A stretch of DNA of 64,000 nucleotides from Minisyncoccota bacterium (GCA_041688155.1 JBDNIW010000001.1:7319-71318); one strand, 5' to 3'. Shown: positions 1 to 10,249, counted from the stretch's first letter. Numbers and translations are program-made. The notes: generated from the sequence alone by a model not told the origin.

Positions 1-484
1 TAGATAAAATTGCTTCTTTAACTTTACGGCTGAGTTTTTTGTCTCGGTCAAGGACGGAGTTTTTGATGACTTGCTGAGTGATAGTTGATCCACCTTGCCC
101 GCCAAGTAGGTCACCGTCTTGCATGTTACTCACCGCAGCGCGGATAATTGCGCGGATGTTGATACCAAAGTGATTGTAAAACTGGTCATCTTCGATGGCA
201 ACAGTAGCATTTTTGATGTGACGCGACATGTCCTCTAGTGGCACAATAGTCCGTTTAACGTCTTGGTGGAGGTCATATAACAAGACTTCGCCAGTGCGAT
301 CAAATATTTTTGTTGACTGTAACACTCGTCGTTCATCAAACGCTGATAAATCGGGAATTTGTAAACTAGAAATCCAAATCAGGATTCCGGCGGACACAAT
401 AATAAAACCAGCAAAAAACAGAATCAATCCATCAATGATAAGCTCTTTCCAGTTCTTGATAATCCACAGTTTGGTTTTTTTCAT
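1..484 (-). CDS. Penicillin-binding protein 1A-type transglycosylase, N-terminal part (runs off window start)
   Basis: Manual minus-strand translation from ATG at 484: N-terminal TM helix, then GT51 motifs VAIEDDQFYNHFGI, QGGSTITQQVIKN and RKVKEAI. Confidence 0.9.
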   Translation of the reverse strand, partial: MKKTKLWIIKNWKELIIDGLILFFAGFIIVSAGILIWISSLQIPDLSAFDERRVLQSTKIFDRTGEVLLYDLHQDVKRTIVPLEDMSRHIKNATVAIEDDQFYNHFGINIRAIIRAAVSNMQDGDLLGGQGGSTITQQVIKNSVLDRDKKLSRKVKEAILS

Positions 485-562
485 GTAACTAGACTATATA
501 AGCAATATTAGCATGGGTTGTCTAGACACCTTTATACGATTGTGTGCTAGCATTATTTCATT

Positions 563-1804
563 ATGAAATTGCATCAAGAGCTCACTGAGCGCGGATTTAT
601 TCATCAGACATCAGCCAGCATCGAAGAAATCCTAGATGGACCAAAACGTACCATATATCATGGGATTGATCCGTCAGCTGACTCGGCCCACGCTGGTAAT
701 ATTGTGATTTGGTTTTTGCTTCGTCACCTGGCTAACGCAGGCCACAAAATTGTTTTTTTGGTTGGAGGAGCAACCGGCCGGATTGGTGACCCAAAACCAG
801 ACGCCGAGCGGACGCTACTACCAGAGAAAACAATCGAAGCTAATTTTGCTGGGATCCAAGCTCAAGCCAAGCAATTTATTACCACTGATGATATTACTTT
901 TGTTGACAACTACGACTGGTTTAAGGAAATTAAATTTATTGATTTCTTGCGTGACATTGGTAAACATTTCACCGTAAATGAGTTGATTAAAAAAGACGCC
1001 ATTGCCAACCGACTTGCTAGTGATGTTGGTTTGTCGTACACCGAGTTTGCCTATCCGTTGGTACAGGGCTACGATTATCTAGAGTTGTACCGCACTCACG
1101 GCTGTGATGTGCAAGTTGGTGGTTCTGACCAGTGGGGAAATATCATCTCAGGAGTCGATCTGGTTCGACGCAAAGAACAGGCATCGGTATATGCATTGAC
1201 CGTACCGCTAGTAATCGATAAAGCAACCGGTAAAAAGTTCGGCAAAAGCGAAGGAAACGCCGTTTGGATTGATCCAACAAAAACCTCACCCTACGAGTTC
1301 TATCAGTTTTGGTTGAACGCTAGTGATGAGAGTGTGGTTGATTACCTCAAACTATTTACCTTTGTTCCCTTAACAGATATTGCGTCAATAGCAAAAGATT
1401 TTGACCTAAATCCAGGCGCTCGCACCGCGCAAAAGAAACTAGCGTCTGAGGTGACGCGCCTAGTGCACGGTGAGTCCGCCTCTGAGTCCGCTAAAGAAGT
1501 GTCGGAATTATTGTTTGGTGACGGGTCGGTCGCCAATATTTCGACTGATGCCCGGGCAATCTTGCTAGCTACGGCACCAACCCTCGCTGTACAAGTTGGA
1601 TTGAGTTTAGTTGACGTGCTGATTGCCGCTGGGTTGGCCACGAGCAAACGCGAGAGCCGGACGTTTATAGAAAGCAATGCAATCACCTTACAAGAAGCCA
1701 AGTGTAGTGACATCAATCAAGTGTTGCGTGAGGAGTATTTTTCCAATGGACTGGCTTTGTTACGCAGAGGCAAAAAGCAATTGTGTGTCCTGATTAAAGA
1801 ATAA
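563..1804 (+). CDS. tyrS: Tyrosine--tRNA ligase
   Basis: GIDPSADSAHAGN (HIGH-like), QVGGSDQWGNI, KFGKS (KMSKS-like), C-terminal S4 domain. Confidence 0.97.
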   Translation: MKLHQELTERGFIHQTSASIEEILDGPKRTIYHGIDPSADSAHAGNIVIWFLLRHLANAGHKIVFLVGGATGRIGDPKPDAERTLLPEKTIEANFAGIQAQAKQFITTDDITFVDNYDWFKEIKFIDFLRDIGKHFTVNELIKKDAIANRLASDVGLSYTEFAYPLVQGYDYLELYRTHGCDVQVGGSDQWGNIISGVDLVRRKEQASVYALTVPLVIDKATGKKFGKSEGNAVWIDPTKTSPYEFYQFWLNASDESVVDYLKLFTFVPLTDIASIAKDFDLNPGARTAQKKLASEVTRLVHGESASESAKEVSELLFGDGSVANISTDARAILLATAPTLAVQVGLSLVDVLIAAGLATSKRESRTFIESNAITLQEAKCSDINQVLREEYFSNGLALLRRGKKQLCVLIKE

Positions 1805-1828
1805 ATTGAGACCCTGAGTTTGATGAGT

Positions 1829-1865
1829 AAAATAAAACCCACTGACTAGCAGCGGGTTTTATTTT
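1829..1865. terminator. Bidirectional intrinsic terminator
   Basis: AAAATAAAACCC...GGGTTTTATTTT hairpin between convergent genes. Confidence 0.75.
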
Positions 1866-2125
1866 TACATCTCGTCTACATCATCAAATGAATCGTAGTC
1901 CACGTCTTCTGCATCATCCTCAAGCGCCGCGTCGTCTTCCTCTTCATCCTCCTCCTCAGATGGTTCCTTAACATCTTTTTCTTCAATGTGACCAAATCCT
2001 TCGGTGTCGTCGTCAGTATCATCTTCCTCTTCTCCAACTACTTCAGCTAGTACATCATCACCTAACGACGCATTCTCGTCGTCTGTGTCTTCTAACTCAT
2101 CTTCGTTTTTTGGTTCATCAGCCAT
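1865..2125 (-). CDS. Very acidic small hypothetical protein
   Basis: 86 aa ORF, about half Asp/Glu, co-oriented downstream of ruvC. Confidence 0.75.
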   Translation of the reverse strand: MADEPKNEDELEDTDDENASLGDDVLAEVVGEEEDDTDDDTEGFGHIEEKDVKEPSEEEDEEEDDAALEDDAEDVDYDSFDDVDEM

Positions 2126-2201
2126 ACAAGGTTTTTATGTATAATTTGTATCAAATTCATGCGCAGACAGCAACTAGTTTGGTGTACAAGTTCGGAAGAT
2201 T

Positions 2202-2681
2202 CTACTGTGTCCGGCCATGATGTGCAAGGCAAGTAATACCAACCGCAATTGCATCGTACTCGTCGTCAAGGGCATCAGGTGGTACATCAGGGATGAGCTG
2301 TTTGACCATTGCTGTCATTGCGGCCTTATCACTGTTGCCGTAGCCAGTAGTAGCGATTTTAATCGCCTGGGGGCTAAACTCGTATATAACACACCCAGCC
2401 TGCATTGCGGTGTAGATAATAATGCCTCGAGCCTGAGCGACTCCCATTGCGGTTTTAACATTTTTGTTAAAAAACAGCGTTTCGATTCCCAGGGTGTCTA
2501 CCGCGTGATCACCAATAGTCTGCGTGATAGCATTTCCAACTACTTGTAAACGGGTATTTAAATCATCGGTTTTATTAGTCAGGACACAAGTAGAATACAA
2601 CACCTTCTCCAAGCCGTTTTGGTACTCCATCACCGCCAACCCAACGCGGTCATATCCAGGGTCAACGCCAAGCACACGCAT
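2202..2681 (-). CDS. ruvC: Holliday junction resolvase RuvC
   Basis: VLGVDPG, IETLFF, QARG, DDEYDAIA catalytic motifs. Confidence 0.95.
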   Translation of the reverse strand: MRVLGVDPGYDRVGLAVMEYQNGLEKVLYSTCVLTNKTDDLNTRLQVVGNAITQTIGDHAVDTLGIETLFFNKNVKTAMGVAQARGIIIYTAMQAGCVIYEFSPQAIKIATTGYGNSDKAAMTAMVKQLIPDVPPDALDDEYDAIAVGITCLAHHGRTQ

Positions 2682-2683
2682 AA

Positions 2684-3223
2684 CTAGTTAGCACTATCAG
2701 CGCCGGTGTAGACATTAGTGACGTCGTCTTGTTCTTCTAGTTTCTCGATAAACTCAGCTAGTATTTCGCCGGCCTCGTCGTCGAGTTCGACGGGAGTGTT
2801 TGGGGTATAGCCGTCGACTGATTTGGTAAACGCCCAAGTGGCTGAGCCAGGGGCACCTAGTTCAAGCCCTGCTTTAGAAAACACGTGCCGGATTTCTGGT
2901 GCGGTACGGTTGTTGTTGTCAGTGACCGCTTCAATCAGTAGAGGTACCCCTCCTGGGCCATAGCCTTCGTAGAGGACTTCTTCCATCGCACTCCCGCCCT
3001 CGCCTGAACCTTTGGCCAGGGCTCGTTCGATGGCGTCTTTAGGCATTGAGTCTTTTTTAGCCCGGTCAACTGCGGCGATGACGTTAGCTGAGTCAACCCG
3101 CCCACTAGCTTTTTTTACTTCCATCGTAATTAGACGGGAGTGCTTAGAAAACAGCTTGCTCCGCTGCTGGTCAGTCGCGCCTTTTTTATGTTTGATTTTT
3201 GACCACTTATTGTGTCCTGACAT
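2684..3223 (-). CDS. yebC: YebC/PmpR family protein (short form)
   Basis: MSGHNKWSKIKHKK, YEGYGPGG, TDNNNRT, DDVTNVY. Confidence 0.95.
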   Translation of the reverse strand: MSGHNKWSKIKHKKGATDQQRSKLFSKHSRLITMEVKKASGRVDSANVIAAVDRAKKDSMPKDAIERALAKGSGEGGSAMEEVLYEGYGPGGVPLLIEAVTDNNNRTAPEIRHVFSKAGLELGAPGSATWAFTKSVDGYTPNTPVELDDEAGEILAEFIEKLEEQDDVTNVYTGADSAN

Positions 3224-3234
3224 ATATGGCTAGG

Positions 3235-4224
3235 TTAACCTACATTTTCTAAATGACTGTAGGCTTCGGGGCTGGCGGTTCGTCCGCGTGGAGTGCGTTC
3301 AATTAATCCATGACGGATGAGGTACGGCTCAATGACGTCTTCGATGGTGGATGCCTCCTCACCAGTAGCGGCGGCGATGGTGTTCAGTCCTACTGGTCCA
3401 CCATTGAACTTGTTGATGATGACATCAAGCACCGCCCGGTCAGGCGCACCAAGACCGAGCGAGTCAATCTCAAGTAGGGCAAAGGTTTGGTCGATAATGT
3501 CGTTGGTCAGCCCGGTGTTCTCAAGCTGGGCGAGATCACGACAGCGTTTGAGTAGGTAGTTCGCGGTGCGTGGCGTTGCTCGGCACCGACCGGCGATTTT
3601 ATTGATCACCTCTTTAGTGGGGTCCATCCCCAGCAAGTCAGCCGAGCGACCTAATATCTGTCCAATCTCATCGTCACTGTAGAACTCAAGCCGAAACGTT
3701 CCGCCAGAAAAGCGCGACCGTAGTGGGGCTGAGAGCAGTGAGATGCGCGTCGTCGCTGCCACCATGGTAAACGGCGGGAGTTCGAGTTGCACCGTCCGGG
3801 CGGATGGGCCTTTGCCGATGATGATATCGAGCACCCCTGACTCCATCGCCGGGTAGAGGACTTCCTCAATATTTTTACTTAAACGATGAATCTCGTCGAT
3901 AAACAGCACATCACCTGGTGCGAGGTTGGTGAGAATAGCCGCTAGGTCACCAACTTTCTCGATGGCGGGACCCGAGGTGGTTTTCATATTAGTACCCAGC
4001 GTCCTGGCAACTAGGTTTGATAGCGTCGTCTTTCCTAACCCTGGTGGGCCATAGAGTAGAATGTGCTCAGCCGCGTGTCCACGCTCTTTGGCAGCTGTCA
4101 GTAAGATGCGCAGGTTTTCCTTGATTTTGGCTTGGCCGATATACTCCTCCCAGGTTTTAGGACGCAACGTCCGGTCGAGGTTTTGTGCATCGTCTCGGGT
4201 GATTTTTGGGGCAGTAGCAGTCAT
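3235..4224 (-). CDS. ruvB: Holliday junction branch migration helicase RuvB
   Basis: LRPKTWEEYIGQ, GPPGLGKTT, FIDEIHRL, RTPRGR; start placed at ATG 4224, 6 nt after TATACT. Confidence 0.97.
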   Translation of the reverse strand: MTATAPKITRDDAQNLDRTLRPKTWEEYIGQAKIKENLRILLTAAKERGHAAEHILLYGPPGLGKTTLSNLVARTLGTNMKTTSGPAIEKVGDLAAILTNLAPGDVLFIDEIHRLSKNIEEVLYPAMESGVLDIIIGKGPSARTVQLELPPFTMVAATTRISLLSAPLRSRFSGGTFRLEFYSDDEIGQILGRSADLLGMDPTKEVINKIAGRCRATPRTANYLLKRCRDLAQLENTGLTNDIIDQTFALLEIDSLGLGAPDRAVLDVIINKFNGGPVGLNTIAAATGEEASTIEDVIEPYLIRHGLIERTPRGRTASPEAYSHLENVG

Positions 4225-4317
4225 GTCGTAAGTATACCAAAATATCAAATGCAGTGTCACTATAAAGCTAATTCAGGCTAATGTGGGTTGATCAGACTAT
4301 GACTCCTTCCTGAGGTG

Positions 4318-4345
4318 TTGACAAATTTTTGATGTGTGCTAATCT
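4318..4345 (+). promoter_or_regulatory. Sigma70-type promoter driving an intergenic RNA
   Basis: TTGACA (4318-4323), 16 nt spacer, TGc-TAATCT (4340-4345). Confidence 0.6.
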
Positions 4346-4348
4346 ATT

Positions 4349-4582
4349 GGGGATTCGATAGCTCTCCCGCTTTGAGGCACTGGCCTCTGGCACCGATACT
4401 TGTAATTCCAGAAGATAACTCTCTAAACAACTTGGATGCGTTGCGAGGGGTTTCTGGCGCCCGGCCTGGACCGGGATCGCTGCAAACTTCCTTAGCGCGG
4501 CATTCACTTTCAATGCGGAAGTCTTGTTTAGAGAGTTATAGGCTGGAATTACATAAAGAACTAAACTTGGTACCTCTCGAAT
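4349..4582 (+). ncRNA. Candidate rod-shaped ncRNA, 6S RNA-like
   Basis: Nested inverted repeats 4401-4411/4543-4553 and 4415-4430/4524-4539, outer ATTCGA/TCGAAT pairing, promoter upstream and terminator downstream. Confidence 0.55.
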
Positions 4583-4593
4583 GTATCACAGAA

Positions 4594-4625
4594 AAACACC
4601 CTGTGGTATTGACCACAGGGTGTTT
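4594..4625. terminator. Intrinsic terminator
   Basis: AAACACCCTGTGGT-attg-ACCACAGGGTGTTT perfect hairpin. Confidence 0.8.
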
Positions 4626-4643
4626 GGCTTTTTGAATCTGAGG

Positions 4644-6389
4644 TTAGACAATGTGGTTGAGGAACGTGTCGTCTGGAGCACCGGCAGCCGGAGGGTTGGT
4701 TTTGCTAGAAATGGTACTCGAAAGGGTTCTGGGTAGTTCTATCACTCGTTCCAGTTCTGCTATCGAAGTGACACCGTTAAGGACTTTTTCAATACCATCG
4801 TGCAACATAGTCGGGATGCCTTGGGGTTTAGCGGCTTCGAGGATCATGTGTTCACGAGGATCGCGTAGTACGACGGCTTCTACTGCGTCATCCATAACTA
4901 TAGCTTCGTAAATACCACCGCGTCCCTTGAACCCGGTGTTACTACACACCTCGCACCCGGGAGCGGTGTACAGCAAACCTAGCGGAGGGACTGTATCTGG
5001 GTGCGGGTGGTCATGTAATATGGTGGTAATGATTTGTTGTTCCTCAGCAGTTGGGGGATGTCCGACTTTACAGTGGGTACACAAAAGTCTGATTAGTCGC
5101 TGGCCGAGGATTAGGTTCACTGCACTACCAAACATCCGCGCATCGACTCCCAAATCCATCATCCGGACAAACGCCGCCACCGCGCTGTTGGTGTGCATGG
5201 TGGTGAGTACGAGGTGACCAGTCTGAGCGGCGTGCATGGCGGTTTCGGCTACTTCGGCGTCGCGCACCTCACCAATCAGAATAACGTCTGGATCCTGACG
5301 CAGTAGTGCCCTTAAGCCTGAAGAAAACGTGTAGTCACCGTCGACCTGGGTTTGGACAATACCCTCGACTTTGTATTCGACTGGATTTTCAATGGTGATG
5401 ATTTTGATACCTTCGGTGTGAACCTCTTGCAAAAACGCGTACAACGCAGTGGTCTTACCTGACCCAGTTGGACCAGTGGTAATGATGAGTCCGTTTGGTT
5501 TTTTGAGTTCTCGACGGACTACCTCGTTGATGTGTTGGTTGAGGTTGAGTTTATCCATTGCAAAACTCGCTACGGTTGGATCAAGTAAACGCATCACGAT
5601 TGATTCGCCATACGCGCCAGGAATCACCGACGAACGCACTTCGACTTCTTTGTCACCGGTTTCAAAAGTAAACCGCCCGTCTTGTGCTTCGGCGCGGCTG
5701 TTGAGGACCATGCCAGAGAGTAGTTTGAGTCGTGACATCATGCGACCATACATATATGTATCGAGATCTACGATGTCGTGCAGCACTCCATCAAACCGGT
5801 AGCGCAGTCGGATGGCGTTGTTCTCTGGTTCGATGTGGATGTCAGATGCGCGCAGGGCGAGAGCACCCGCAAAAATCAACTCCATCGTGGCAGATATCCG
5901 ATAGCTGCTGTTGGCGGTATTGATCTCTTTGAGAATTAGTGCGATGTCGGATTCTTTTTGAATGCGCTTAGTTAGTTCAAGGATGTCACTGGCGCTAATT
6001 TCAAAAATGCCTTTTCTCGACACTGTGGTGTTGGTTAGGTCAGCGTATCGCTCCCAAGCGTGGGTGAGGCTTGCAGATGAAGTCATAAACACCCGAAGCG
6101 TATAGCCGTTTTTTTGTAGAGTCTCTAGAGCAGCTTTGGTTTTTATGTTAGTGGGATTTTTGATTGCGACTGACAGCGTCCGCTGGAGCAATTCAAACCC
6201 AGTTAGTTCAGCCTCGCGGGCGAGAGTCTCGTCGATAGCGGCGATAGCTTCGGGGTTGATGGTGTAGCCGTGCAAATCAATGTGCTCATAGCCGTATTGC
6301 GGTGCGAGGTTTGCAACCGTCCGCTCCTCTTCTTTGTCTCGCAAATCGTTGAGGCGGGCATTAAGGGCTGTGTCATCAAATTGAACCAT
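4644..6389 (-). CDS. GspE/PulE/PilB-family pilus assembly ATPase
   Basis: ASDIHIEP, GPTGSGKTT, LRQDPDVILIGEVRD, TGHLVLTTMH, CxxC..CxxC; likely start MVQFDD. Confidence 0.93.
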   Translation of the reverse strand: MVQFDDTALNARLNDLRDKEEERTVANLAPQYGYEHIDLHGYTINPEAIAAIDETLAREAELTGFELLQRTLSVAIKNPTNIKTKAALETLQKNGYTLRVFMTSSASLTHAWERYADLTNTTVSRKGIFEISASDILELTKRIQKESDIALILKEINTANSSYRISATMELIFAGALALRASDIHIEPENNAIRLRYRFDGVLHDIVDLDTYMYGRMMSRLKLLSGMVLNSRAEAQDGRFTFETGDKEVEVRSSVIPGAYGESIVMRLLDPTVASFAMDKLNLNQHINEVVRRELKKPNGLIITTGPTGSGKTTALYAFLQEVHTEGIKIITIENPVEYKVEGIVQTQVDGDYTFSSGLRALLRQDPDVILIGEVRDAEVAETAMHAAQTGHLVLTTMHTNSAVAAFVRMMDLGVDARMFGSAVNLILGQRLIRLLCTHCKVGHPPTAEEQQIITTILHDHPHPDTVPPLGLLYTAPGCEVCSNTGFKGRGGIYEAIVMDDAVEAVVLRDPREHMILEAAKPQGIPTMLHDGIEKVLNGVTSIAELERVIELPRTLSSTISSKTNPPAAGAPDDTFLNHIV

Positions 6390-6426
6390 GTTGTGTATAT
6401 GGTAGCACGTTGCTATAGTTCCACTC

Positions 6427-6873
6427 ATGTCAGTTGAACACTTTACAGTGGCGACTTCTGCCGACTTTGAACCGGTGGTAATTGCAGTTCTCAAAAAAAC
6501 AACTGCAATCAGTCAGACTGCTGCAGTTGTCACCCTCACTGGTGATCTCGGCGCTGGAAAGACGACTTTTACCCAACAACTCGCCAAACACCTGGGTATA
6601 ACAGAACCCGTCGTCAGCCCAACCTTTGGGATTATGAAAGCGTACGAGTTGCTGGACCATCCACGCTTCGACCACCTCGTCCACATCGACGCCTATCGGG
6701 TTGAGGATATGAGTGAAGTCGGGCCGCTGCGGTTGCAGGAATTATTTACTACCCCAAGAAAACTAATCTGTCTCGAATGGCCCGAGAACATCGCGAGTAC
6801 ATTACCTACAGGCAGAGTTGCTGTCACGATTGATATCGTAACTGGAGAAGAGCGAACGGTGATGGTGTCTTAA
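6427..6873 (+). CDS. tsaE: tRNA t6A biosynthesis ATPase TsaE
   Basis: GDLGAGKTT, SPTF, HIDAYR, LEW. Confidence 0.95.
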   Translation: MSVEHFTVATSADFEPVVIAVLKKTTAISQTAAVVTLTGDLGAGKTTFTQQLAKHLGITEPVVSPTFGIMKAYELLDHPRFDHLVHIDAYRVEDMSEVGPLRLQELFTTPRKLICLEWPENIASTLPTGRVAVTIDIVTGEERTVMVS

Positions 6874-6874
6874 A

Positions 6875-7573
6875 CTAAGCGTGCACCCCAATCCCACGCC
6901 CAGCAAAATAGATGGTAAATTCTTTGAGCGGTAGCGTGTGGTTTTCTTGAGTTTGATTGTTTTCAAATCCAGACGGATTGTGCAGGGTTAAGGTTTTTTC
7001 TTTTTTGTTATAACCGATGATGAGTACTAGATGACCCCCGATCTGCATCGCTGGAGCGGTGTTGTAGTTGCGAATGTTGGGGTTTACCGATGCAATGACG
7101 AGTGAGCCTGAAGCGAGCAGCGTCTGAATCAAACGGGGGGTTAGTTTGGTATAAATAGTCGCCCGCAAACCAAATCGCTTGAGCCAAGTGATATACGGTT
7201 GGTACTGCATACTAGAAATACCGTCACCGTCTTTTAAATACACTCCAGATTTGGCGGCATCTCGCGCGAGGGGGATGGTTCGGAACTCACCTTTGTTAAA
7301 AAACAGGAGCAACATCGATGTACAAGCCATCCCACAGGTGGTGAGGGCCCAGCGCTCATACTCTTTGATTGACCGAGCGCCCGAGTCTTCCCAGGCGAGG
7401 TCGCGAGACAGTGACTGGTCATCTTTGAGTACCATTTCAGCCCAACTAGGGCTCGCAAACTGTGAGACGTACGGCACCTTATGTCGAATGCGTTCAGGTG
7501 TCCGACCAACAGCCGAGCGAAGCAAAAGAATGCTGTTGCTAAGTAGCTGTTTTATTTTATAGATGATTTTCAT
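6875..7573 (-). CDS. Peptidase C39-like protein
   Basis: VPYVSQ, CGMAC, GHLVLIIGY, LHNP papain-like motifs. Confidence 0.75.
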   Translation of the reverse strand: MKIIYKIKQLLSNSILLLRSAVGRTPERIRHKVPYVSQFASPSWAEMVLKDDQSLSRDLAWEDSGARSIKEYERWALTTCGMACTSMLLLFFNKGEFRTIPLARDAAKSGVYLKDGDGISSMQYQPYITWLKRFGLRATIYTKLTPRLIQTLLASGSLVIASVNPNIRNYNTAPAMQIGGHLVLIIGYNKKEKTLTLHNPSGFENNQTQENHTLPLKEFTIYFAGRGIGVHA

Positions 7574-7610
7574 GTATGACCAGTGTAGCAAAACAGTTAT
7601 ACTGTAAGTA

Positions 7611-9992
7611 ATGGCTAAAAAAGAAACCCCGACGTTAGTTTTACTCGACGCTCACGCTATATTACACCGAGCGTATCACGCGCTGCCAGACTTTACGTCC
7701 CCAAACGGCGAACCAACCGGCGCGCTGTACGGCGTTACGACGATGCTACTCAAAATCATTGAGGATTTTAAGCCGCAATACATCGCCGCTTGTTACGACT
7801 TGCCAGAACCGACCTACCGTCACGACGCCTACGACGCCTACAAAGCTGGTCGGAGTAAAACTGACACAGATCTAGTCACCCAGATTATCCGAGCTCGGGA
7901 TATTTTTAACCACTTTGGGATTCCGATTTTTGAGAAAGTTGGGTTTGAGGCTGACGATCTGATTGGAACCATTGCCCACCTAACCAAAGAGACACCAGAG
8001 CTGCGAGTCGTGATTGCTTCAGGTGATATGGACACGTTGCAATGTGTCGACAAAAACCGGGTCGAAGTATTTACTCTCAAACGTGGCATCAACGATACAA
8101 TTATTTATGATGAAGCAGCGGTCAAAGCGCGGTTTGGGTTCGGCCCATCGATGGTCGTCGACTACAAAGGCCTACGTGGTGATGCGAGCGATAACATCCC
8201 GGGGATTCGCGGTATCGGAGAGAAAACCGCGACCACCCTCCTGACGACGTTTGGTACAATCGAACAAATCTATCAGAAACTAGAAGCCAAGGGTGGTGAA
8301 GATAGATTTATCACCGCAGGGATAACCAAACGCATCGTCGGTCTACTGCTCGACGGCAAAGAAGACGCCGAGTTTTCCAAAATGCTCGCAACCATTCGTA
8401 CAGACGCCATTGATTCATTTGACCTTGATTCTACTGAGTGGCGCGAGCATGCAGACATTGAAGGAATTCAAAACCTCTTTAGTGAATATGGATTCCGGAA
8501 CATGACTAGCCGGATTGAACGGTTGTTCAACGTGGTGCTGGTAGATACCGCCGCCGAAGCTGCCAAAATCGGTGATACAGAAATCAAGCAAGCCAGCATC
8601 CTACTCTGGCTACTTGAAAGTGAGCGAACCAACGCCAGTTACGAAGACATTGTCGACTACGGCCGGTCATTTTTGCAAACCAAAACTTGGGAAGAAACCG
8701 TGTCGGCGATGGAAGAAAAAGTACGAGCTGAAGGATTATGGGACTTGTATACCGACATCGAACTACCTCTGATTCCAGTGTTAGAAAACATGAAACAACA
8801 AGGAATTATTTTGGATACCGCATATCTCAAAACACTTTCTACTAAACTACACGTTGAACTAGTGGCACTCGAGACGTCCATCTACCAGCACGCTGGGGTC
8901 GAGTTCAACCTCAATTCACCCAAGCAAATGGGGGAAATCTTATTTGATACGCTCGAACTGAAACCAAAAAACGCCAAGAAAACTGGTGGTGGGCAGCGTA
9001 GCACCAAAGAATCAGAGCTAGAGAAATTACTGGACGAACACCCAATCATTGCTGATATCCTCCGGTACCGCGAACTCAAAAAACTTGTTTCCACCTACAT
9101 CGATAACTTGCCCGAGGTGGTCGGGCCCGACGGGCGCATCCACAGCACGCTCCTGCAAACCGGTACCTCAACCGGACGTATGGCGAGTAAAGAACCGAAC
9201 CTGCAGAACATTCCAATTCGTACCGAAGAAGGTCGGATGGTCCGGGGTGCGTTTGTAGCCGAGGTAGGATATCAGTTGGTAGCAATCGACTACTCACAGA
9301 TCGAGTTACGGATTGCGGCGATTATGTCAGAAGATTCTCAAATGATTGAGATTTTTAAGAAAGGAGAGGATGTTCACAGCGGAGTAGCGTCACGCGTGTT
9401 TGGGGTACCGCAGAGCGAGGTTACCGCAGACATGCGGCGCAAAGCCAAAGTCATTAACTTTGGGATTCTCTACGGCATGGGGGTCAACGCTTTACGGACT
9501 AACCTCGGCGCCGATACGCCGCGCGCCGAGGCTCAAGAATTCCTCAACGCGTATTTCAATACGTTCACCCGGTTGGCTGAATTCCTTGAAGAAACCAAAT
9601 CATTTGCCCGAGAAACTGGCTATACTCAAACTATGTTTGGCCGCCGCCGCCACTTCGCGGGGATCACCTCAGCCGTACCATTTATCCGCGCCCAAGCGGA
9701 ACGCATGGCCATCAACGCCCCGATCCAAGGCACCGGGGCTGATTGTATGCGAGTAGCCATGCGCCAGATTCATGAGTATATTGAGGGACGAAAAAAACCA
9801 GACGACGTTCGGATGTTACTCCAAGTCCACGACGAACTAGTGTTTGAAGTAAAAGACAGCGAGGTGGAAGCAGTTGTGCCAGAGTTGGTGACTATCATGG
9901 AAGCAGCATTGGAGGGGAGGGTCAGTCACGGCGTGCCACTGGTGGCTGATGTAAAAGTAGGGAAGAATTGGAACCAGATGCAGGGGATGTAG
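7611..9992 (+). CDS. polA: DNA polymerase I
   Basis: 5'-3' exonuclease (FEADD, GDASDNIPG) plus family A polymerase (DYSQIELR, KVINFGILYG, QVHDE). Confidence 0.97.
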   Translation: MAKKETPTLVLLDAHAILHRAYHALPDFTSPNGEPTGALYGVTTMLLKIIEDFKPQYIAACYDLPEPTYRHDAYDAYKAGRSKTDTDLVTQIIRARDIFNHFGIPIFEKVGFEADDLIGTIAHLTKETPELRVVIASGDMDTLQCVDKNRVEVFTLKRGINDTIIYDEAAVKARFGFGPSMVVDYKGLRGDASDNIPGIRGIGEKTATTLLTTFGTIEQIYQKLEAKGGEDRFITAGITKRIVGLLLDGKEDAEFSKMLATIRTDAIDSFDLDSTEWREHADIEGIQNLFSEYGFRNMTSRIERLFNVVLVDTAAEAAKIGDTEIKQASILLWLLESERTNASYEDIVDYGRSFLQTKTWEETVSAMEEKVRAEGLWDLYTDIELPLIPVLENMKQQGIILDTAYLKTLSTKLHVELVALETSIYQHAGVEFNLNSPKQMGEILFDTLELKPKNAKKTGGGQRSTKESELEKLLDEHPIIADILRYRELKKLVSTYIDNLPEVVGPDGRIHSTLLQTGTSTGRMASKEPNLQNIPIRTEEGRMVRGAFVAEVGYQLVAIDYSQIELRIAAIMSEDSQMIEIFKKGEDVHSGVASRVFGVPQSEVTADMRRKAKVINFGILYGMGVNALRTNLGADTPRAEAQEFLNAYFNTFTRLAEFLEETKSFARETGYTQTMFGRRRHFAGITSAVPFIRAQAERMAINAPIQGTGADCMRVAMRQIHEYIEGRKKPDDVRMLLQVHDELVFEVKDSEVEAVVPELVTIMEAALEGRVSHGVPLVADVKVGKNWNQMQGM

Positions 9993-10003
9993 CCCCCCCC
10001 CCG

Positions 10004-10249
10004 TTATTTCGGGTGATTCACTAGCGCAATCACGATGTAACCAGGGTCAACAATATAAAAATAAAACCGGTAGCTTTTGTCGATTCGCGCTTGCCAGAGA
10101 TTTTCGGTGCCAGTGTACAGTTTGGTATTTAGAGACGGATGACGGAAATCTTGCAACAAATACCCAAACTGTTTGTCTGCTTTCTTCTGGATGTGCTGAG
10201 GCAATTTTTGGTATTGCTTGTCGGCTTGTTTAGTAAAATTAATCTCCAT
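10004..10249 (-). CDS. RelE/ParE-superfamily toxin
   Basis: 81 aa, HPSLNTK and ARIDKSYRFYF, overlaps upstream antitoxin. Confidence 0.8.
   Translation of the reverse strand: MEINFTKQADKQYQKLPQHIQKKADKQFGYLLQDFRHPSLNTKLYTGTENLWQARIDKSYRFYFYIVDPGYIVIALVNHPK

Noticed and set aside
4292-4635. ORFs 4292-4513 and 4336-4635; tmRNA, RNase P or SRP identity
   Set aside because: ORFs show mirrored peptides caused by the inverted repeat; no tRNA-like CCA end, RNase P P4 motif or SRP helix-8 motif is seen
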